Assembly (NCBI GenBank): GCA_963678315.1
Contig: OY782781.1
Location: 1,888,001-1,952,000 of the forward strand
Reading direction: 5' to 3'
DNA length: 64,000 bases
Source: Candidatus Cloacimonadales bacterium
GTDB lineage: Bacteria; Cloacimonadota; Cloacimonadia; Cloacimonadales; JAFGVF01
A program made the translations under genes and the position numbers. Position 1 is the first letter of the stretch; every line of letters begins with the position of its first letter. A model generated the notes under the pieces. It was not told the origin of the DNA and ran no database searches. It worked only from the letters and a program-made list of their open reading frames with translations. Of this stretch, positions 59,665 to 64,000 are shown in pieces.

Positions 59665-60675
59665 TTATTTTGTAACAATATTAACAAGCATTTTTGACAA
59701 GAGAAGCTTAGGATCCAAATCAGTTGACTTAAGTTTTAAATCTGTTTCAAGCAAGTAATCAAAAATCTCCTGCATCCTTTTATCTTTATAATTCCAGGCA
59801 AAATTAATATAATCTTTTCTGAATTTAATATATACATCTGCTAAATAGTTTGAGGCAATTTCTTGTTGCGATACGCCCTTGGACAGTAGATATTTTACCT
59901 TCCAAATCTTTTGAAAAAAACGAGTAAGCATAACAACAACAAAAGGTGAATTTTTGCTTTCTTCTGATTCAAGTAATTTAATCAGTACTTGCAAGCTGAC
60001 TTTAATATTTCGAGCACCAAGAGCATTCTGCAACTCAAAAATAGTATTTGCTCTATTATCTTTCATGCAGGTTTGGATATCTTCTACTTTGATTGTACTG
60101 CTCTTACCAATGTAAATAAGTATCTTTTGAAGCTCATTGTAGGCTGTATAATAATCTGCTTCAATTTTAGAAGCAAAGAGTGAAATAGCGTCTCTATTGG
60201 CTCGTATATTCAATTTCCTAAGTTCAGATTGTAGCCACTTTTCTATTTCCCAATATCCAGCTGGAGGATTAGTCTCGATAACTGTAAACTTACTGAATTT
60301 ACGGGCAGTACTTGATCTTCCATCTTGTTTTTCACAATGAATAATTAAGATTGAAGTTTCAGGAATATTACTAATATAATCAGCTACCTTTAATTTTTCA
60401 GGCTCTCTCAATAGCTCAAAGCTTCTAACCAAAATAACACGATATTCGGCTAGGAACGGAAACATTTCTAATTGTTCTATAATATCAGCACTTTTACAAT
60501 TGCTAGCGGATAAGTTGATGAAATCAAATTCTGAACTATCCTTAGAAGTGAATCTTCTGAGAAGTAACTGTATAATCCTATCAGCAAGAAAATGATCTTC
60601 TCCAATAAGGTAATATACATTACTTGGGTCATGCATTTTGAAAGAGTTTATAAATTCAGGAGCTTTATATTTCAT
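59665..60675 (-). CDS. holA: DNA polymerase III delta subunit
   Basis: YYLIGED, FPFLAEYRVILV, NELQKI, IFEL, ETDLKLKS. Confidence 0.85.
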   Translation of the reverse strand: MKYKAPEFINSFKMHDPSNVYYLIGEDHFLADRIIQLLLRRFTSKDSSEFDFINLSASNCKSADIIEQLEMFPFLAEYRVILVRSFELLREPEKLKVADYISNIPETSILIIHCEKQDGRSSTARKFSKFTVIETNPPAGYWEIEKWLQSELRKLNIRANRDAISLFASKIEADYYTAYNELQKILIYIGKSSTIKVEDIQTCMKDNRANTIFELQNALGARNIKVSLQVLIKLLESEESKNSPFVVVMLTRFFQKIWKVKYLLSKGVSQQEIASNYLADVYIKFRKDYINFAWNYKDKRMQEIFDYLLETDLKLKSTDLDPKLLLSKMLVNIVTK

Positions 60676-61488
60676 CTACCTGACCGTTAAAAAATATATA
60701 ATGTAAATTATTGAGAATATCCAGCAATAAATTGAGAAATACATGAGTTTCTTCTTCTTAATTAGTTGTAACAAGAGTGTTATGACTAAAAGTCCAGAAA
60801 TAAAAGAACTTACCGCACCAGCTAGATAAATCTTTAAAACATCTGGGCTGATAGCTTGTATTTCATCAAGTTTAAGAACTGCTGCTCCAAGGATAGCTGG
60901 AATGCTAAGAAGAAAAGAGAATCTAGCAGCATCAGAACGCTTCATTCCTGAGAATAGAGAGAATGAAATAGTTGTTCCTGATCGAGAAATCCCTGGCATC
61001 ACAGCAAGTGCTTGACCTAATCCAATAAACATTGATTTAACAAAACCAATATTATTATCAGGTAATTTACCGCTAGGCATTCTATCAGAAGCAAATATAA
61101 TAAATCCATTAATAAATAAGAGTATAGCAACGATTAGTGGTAGCTGATATAATGATTCAAAATAATCTTTAAAAAAGAGGGTTATAACAGCAGTTACAGC
61201 CGTAGCAATTATGATGTAAGTGGCAACTCTGATGTTGTTATCATCTTGACTTGTTTTATTCTTTGAAAATAACTTGAAACAAGACATAACTATTGAAAAG
61301 ATGTCTTTAGAAAAATATATTAGAACTGCTAACAATGATCCTACATGAACAACTATCTCGAAAACCACTCCTGGTTCAGAAACATTTACTAAATCTTGTA
61401 CTATAACTAAATGCCCTGAACTTGAAACAGGTAAAAACTCTGTTAAACCTTGGATGATTCCTAATATTATTGAATTAATTAATGTCAT
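60676..61488 (-). CDS. uppP: Undecaprenyl-diphosphate phosphatase
   Basis: QGLTEFLPVSSSGH, PGISRSGTT, ARFSFLLSIP. Confidence 0.96.
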   Translation of the reverse strand: MTLINSIILGIIQGLTEFLPVSSSGHLVIVQDLVNVSEPGVVFEIVVHVGSLLAVLIYFSKDIFSIVMSCFKLFSKNKTSQDDNNIRVATYIIIATAVTAVITLFFKDYFESLYQLPLIVAILLFINGFIIFASDRMPSGKLPDNNIGFVKSMFIGLGQALAVMPGISRSGTTISFSLFSGMKRSDAARFSFLLSIPAILGAAVLKLDEIQAISPDVLKIYLAGAVSSFISGLLVITLLLQLIKKKKLMYFSIYCWIFSIIYIIYFLTVR

Positions 61489-61498
61489 TACTCACTCT

Positions 61499-62686
61499 CT
61501 ATTTAATTTTTGGTAGGTCAGATTTAAGTAGATCTGAAACGCTAACTAGCTTACATTTCTGTCTTTTTAACAGCTTTAAAATACTTTTTAGATTGTCAAT
61601 ATCTAATTTATTCCTAGCAGAGAGAAGAATCAGAGGTGTATTACTAATCTCAAGCAGGTCAATTACTTTAGAATTACTGACTTTCTTGTATGATAAAGCC
61701 CATGTTGAAGATACTTGATTTCTTTGGGCTAGTTTGTACGCAACCGATTTACTAGCTGTCATAGAATCAACATAATATAAATTATTCTTTTTACAGTAAT
61801 CTATAATTACTTTCATAAATTCTGCTTCTGTAGATGCAAACTGTCCAAAAGAATGTGTTATACCTTTTGCATTCTTTACATTAGTTCTCAGATTGTTTAA
61901 TTTTCGTTCTACAAGATATTCATTAACTGGATAAGTAACTGGTATCTCTCTTTTAGTAGATTCGTAATATCCATGTTTGTATGACTCTAAGGGGATAGTT
62001 AGCATTGTTTCTAAATCATTATCATTAGCTAAAGCAGATAATTCTGCTGAATAATCATAATCACCACAAAATGATAGAGTTATGTTATTATCCTTGAAAA
62101 GACTAATATTCTCGGTAACAATTTCTTTATTTTCACCCAGCTCTGAAATAACAACTGCAATCTTTTGCTCTTTAGTTAGGTGCTTATAAGGAGCTTTATC
62201 ATAGACTAATCTCAATAAATACTCATAGCTCTTATCCTTGCTGAGATAGGTTAGTTCATGACCAACAGAATAGTTCTTCCAATGAACAATTTTATTACCT
62301 GAAACAACATGCCCGTCAACACTTTCAACAGCTTGTTTTAATAGCATATTTACATAGTAAAAGTCAACTTCTCTTCTATCAAGTTTAAATCTTAAATAAA
62401 CTTTTCTAGGATTGCTTGTTGATTTATCTTCAAACCTTAAAATACTAGAATATATATTGTTTATACTGTCTTTTTGATGTTCATTATATGGAATTTTTAA
62501 TTTATAGGCAACATCATAAAGAGCTTTTTCTAAGGGAGTAATCGATGCCTGATGCCAAGGCATGCCAGACAAATCAATAATCTCTTCTTCCACTTCAACT
62601 TGAGGGATAACAGTTTCCTCTTCAGAACAGGAAGTAAGCAGGAAATTTGCTGTAAAGAACACTAATAAAGATAAAATAAATCTCAT
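61499..62686 (-). CDS. Divergent polysaccharide deacetylase (YibQ-like) lipoprotein, metal ligands apparently degenerate
   Basis: Lipobox LTSC; IAVVISELG (canonical IDDxG), GITHSFG (canonical NNHMG), YVDSMT. Confidence 0.6.
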   Translation of the reverse strand: MRFILSLLVFFTANFLLTSCSEEETVIPQVEVEEEIIDLSGMPWHQASITPLEKALYDVAYKLKIPYNEHQKDSINNIYSSILRFEDKSTSNPRKVYLRFKLDRREVDFYYVNMLLKQAVESVDGHVVSGNKIVHWKNYSVGHELTYLSKDKSYEYLLRLVYDKAPYKHLTKEQKIAVVISELGENKEIVTENISLFKDNNITLSFCGDYDYSAELSALANDNDLETMLTIPLESYKHGYYESTKREIPVTYPVNEYLVERKLNNLRTNVKNAKGITHSFGQFASTEAEFMKVIIDYCKKNNLYYVDSMTASKSVAYKLAQRNQVSSTWALSYKKVSNSKVIDLLEISNTPLILLSARNKLDIDNLKSILKLLKRQKCKLVSVSDLLKSDLPKIK

Positions 62687-62687
62687 T

Positions 62688-63359
62688 CTAGAAATTGATG
62701 TTTAAGTTAACCATTGGAGTGTAATCACTTTTTAGTGATGTATTCAAAGAGACTTTAGGGGTCTTATTTCTATTCTTATATCTAATCATCATGTCTATTG
62801 TAGAAATTAAATGATTAGCGATTATCACACCTACAAGTGTCTTGCTATAGTCTTCATAATCATGGTAATCTCTTCGAAGGGAGTTATATTTATATCGATT
62901 ACTAGAACTATCCCATCTCCAGTTCATGTTTTCAGCTATTTGATTTTCATTAATATATTCTTGTTGTGCTACATTATCTCCAGGGAATAATTCTGCAGCT
63001 TGTTCAAGAACTTCTTGATTATAACCATTAGGTTCAAAATATGAAGAATCATATCTACCTATAGTTTTATAATAGTCGTTGCTGTAGCTTTCAGAACCAA
63101 TATGAGCATATTTTATAGCATAATTGATGCTATGCTCTTTGTTTATATCAGCTTCATTATCACAATAAAGTTTGGATGAAATCAAGACTACTTCTGTTGC
63201 TAAATTAATATAACCAGTATTATTACCTGAAGCTAATTGTCCCCAGCCAGGGATGATCATGGATTTGATGATTGAGTAACTATAATTCTGGGCAAATAAT
63301 CCTGCAACTGATAATGCTAAAAGACAGATTAGAGCAAATTTTTTAGAACTTAAAACCAT
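62688..63359 (-). CDS. Hypothetical secreted/membrane protein (SMIIPGWGQ motif)
   Basis: Signal peptide, IPGxG motif, WRWDS, NH..S..D; C-terminal LNINF. Confidence 0.6.
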   Translation of the reverse strand: MVLSSKKFALICLLALSVAGLFAQNYSYSIIKSMIIPGWGQLASGNNTGYINLATEVVLISSKLYCDNEADINKEHSINYAIKYAHIGSESYSNDYYKTIGRYDSSYFEPNGYNQEVLEQAAELFPGDNVAQQEYINENQIAENMNWRWDSSSNRYKYNSLRRDYHDYEDYSKTLVGVIIANHLISTIDMMIRYKNRNKTPKVSLNTSLKSDYTPMVNLNINF

Positions 63360-64000
63360 AATTAACCATTACCCCCTCATTTTCAAAATCTGGAATTACA
63401 TTAAAAGAATGTTTTTCATTAAATTGTTTATTATGTTTACTTGATCTTACAGCACTTATAATGGCACTATAAACATGATTTACGATGATTGTTCCTACAA
63501 CAATGTTTCCACGTTGTAAGTACTTCTGTTTTCTAGCTCTGATATCTTTATATTTACTGTAATTCTCTTTTGATTCCCAGTCCCAAGACTCTTCTTCTGA
63601 AATAGAGTTATTGTTAACAAAAGTATAATAATCTTGTGTACCATAGCCATAATAATTCTGAGCATTGAGTCTAACATTTTCATTATAAACATCACTAGAA
63701 ATCTGGCTGTTGACTAAGTCATAATAACTTGATTCTACACTGCTATCAAAACCAAGAGTATTTTGAGCATAAGTTCTGTATGAGCTAAGTGCTCTATCTT
63801 CTTCACTGTTATAGTGCAAAAGAGTAGCAATTAAGGCTATTTCAGTAGCTAAAGAAATTGAACCTTTTACATAATCTCTTCTATAGAAATCTCCTGCACC
63901 TGGAATGGCTGCAGATAGGGCAAATGATAATTTAGTTGAATATGTTCTCTCTGCAACTAAGGTAAGAGTTGAACAAAGTATTAGAATATATATTATTATT
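63343..64000 (-). CDS. Paralog of the 62688-63359 protein, 5' truncated by window edge
   Basis: Frame is open to the window end (…LSAAIPGAGDFY…); WDWES, NHVYSAI; C-terminal YGFKF. Confidence 0.6.
   Translation of the reverse strand, partial: IIIYILILCSTLTLVAERTYSTKLSFALSAAIPGAGDFYRRDYVKGSISLATEIALIATLLHYNSEEDRALSSYRTYAQNTLGFDSSVESSYYDLVNSQISSDVYNENVRLNAQNYYGYGTQDYYTFVNNNSISEEESWDWESKENYSKYKDIRARKQKYLQRGNIVVGTIIVNHVYSAIISAVRSSKHNKQFNEKHSFNVIPDFENEGVMVNYGFKF

Noticed and set aside
373..63695. Numerous short antisense or alternate-frame ORFs in the ORF track (e.g. 18001-18405, 21413-21910, 11808-12134)
   Set aside because: They overlap well-supported genes in another frame or strand and show no motifs; treated as shadow ORFs.

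Overview
AT-rich bacterial chromosomal segment from an anaerobic diderm. Evidence: electron-bifurcating-type [FeFe] hydrogenase genes, several outer-membrane beta-barrels, TamB/LolCDE-like genes and a secreted protein with a T9SS/FlgD-type C-terminal domain. This gene content suggests Cloacimonadota or a related FCB lineage (inference only). Most of the window is housekeeping or metabolic: hydB/hydA, purA, ftsB, MsmX-like ATPase, pepT, atoDA, fadL, GH13, lolD/E, dapF/dapB, tRNA-Ser(GGA), gltX, holB, HU, mtnA, cobB, holA, uppP. The standout is a defence island at about 51.1-59.6 kb. It holds a Type I R-M system (hsdR plus a fused hsdM-hsdS) split by a small GxxExxY PD-(D/E)XK-nuclease-like gene. 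That gene sits between two tandem arrays of an imperfect hairpin repeat (7 + 14 units, about 75-97 bp period, each arm made of three 10-bp sub-repeats). A further copy of the hairpin sits in-frame inside hsdM-S, and a candidate HEPN-motif gene follows. The arrangement looks like a REP/RAYT-style repeat-plus-nuclease system built on a different enzyme family. Intergenic regions near 2.8, 23.4, 26.2-26.8, 41.5-42.2 and 51.1 kb carry several other dispersed REP-like palindrome families. All family assignments come from motif recognition by eye; no searches were run.
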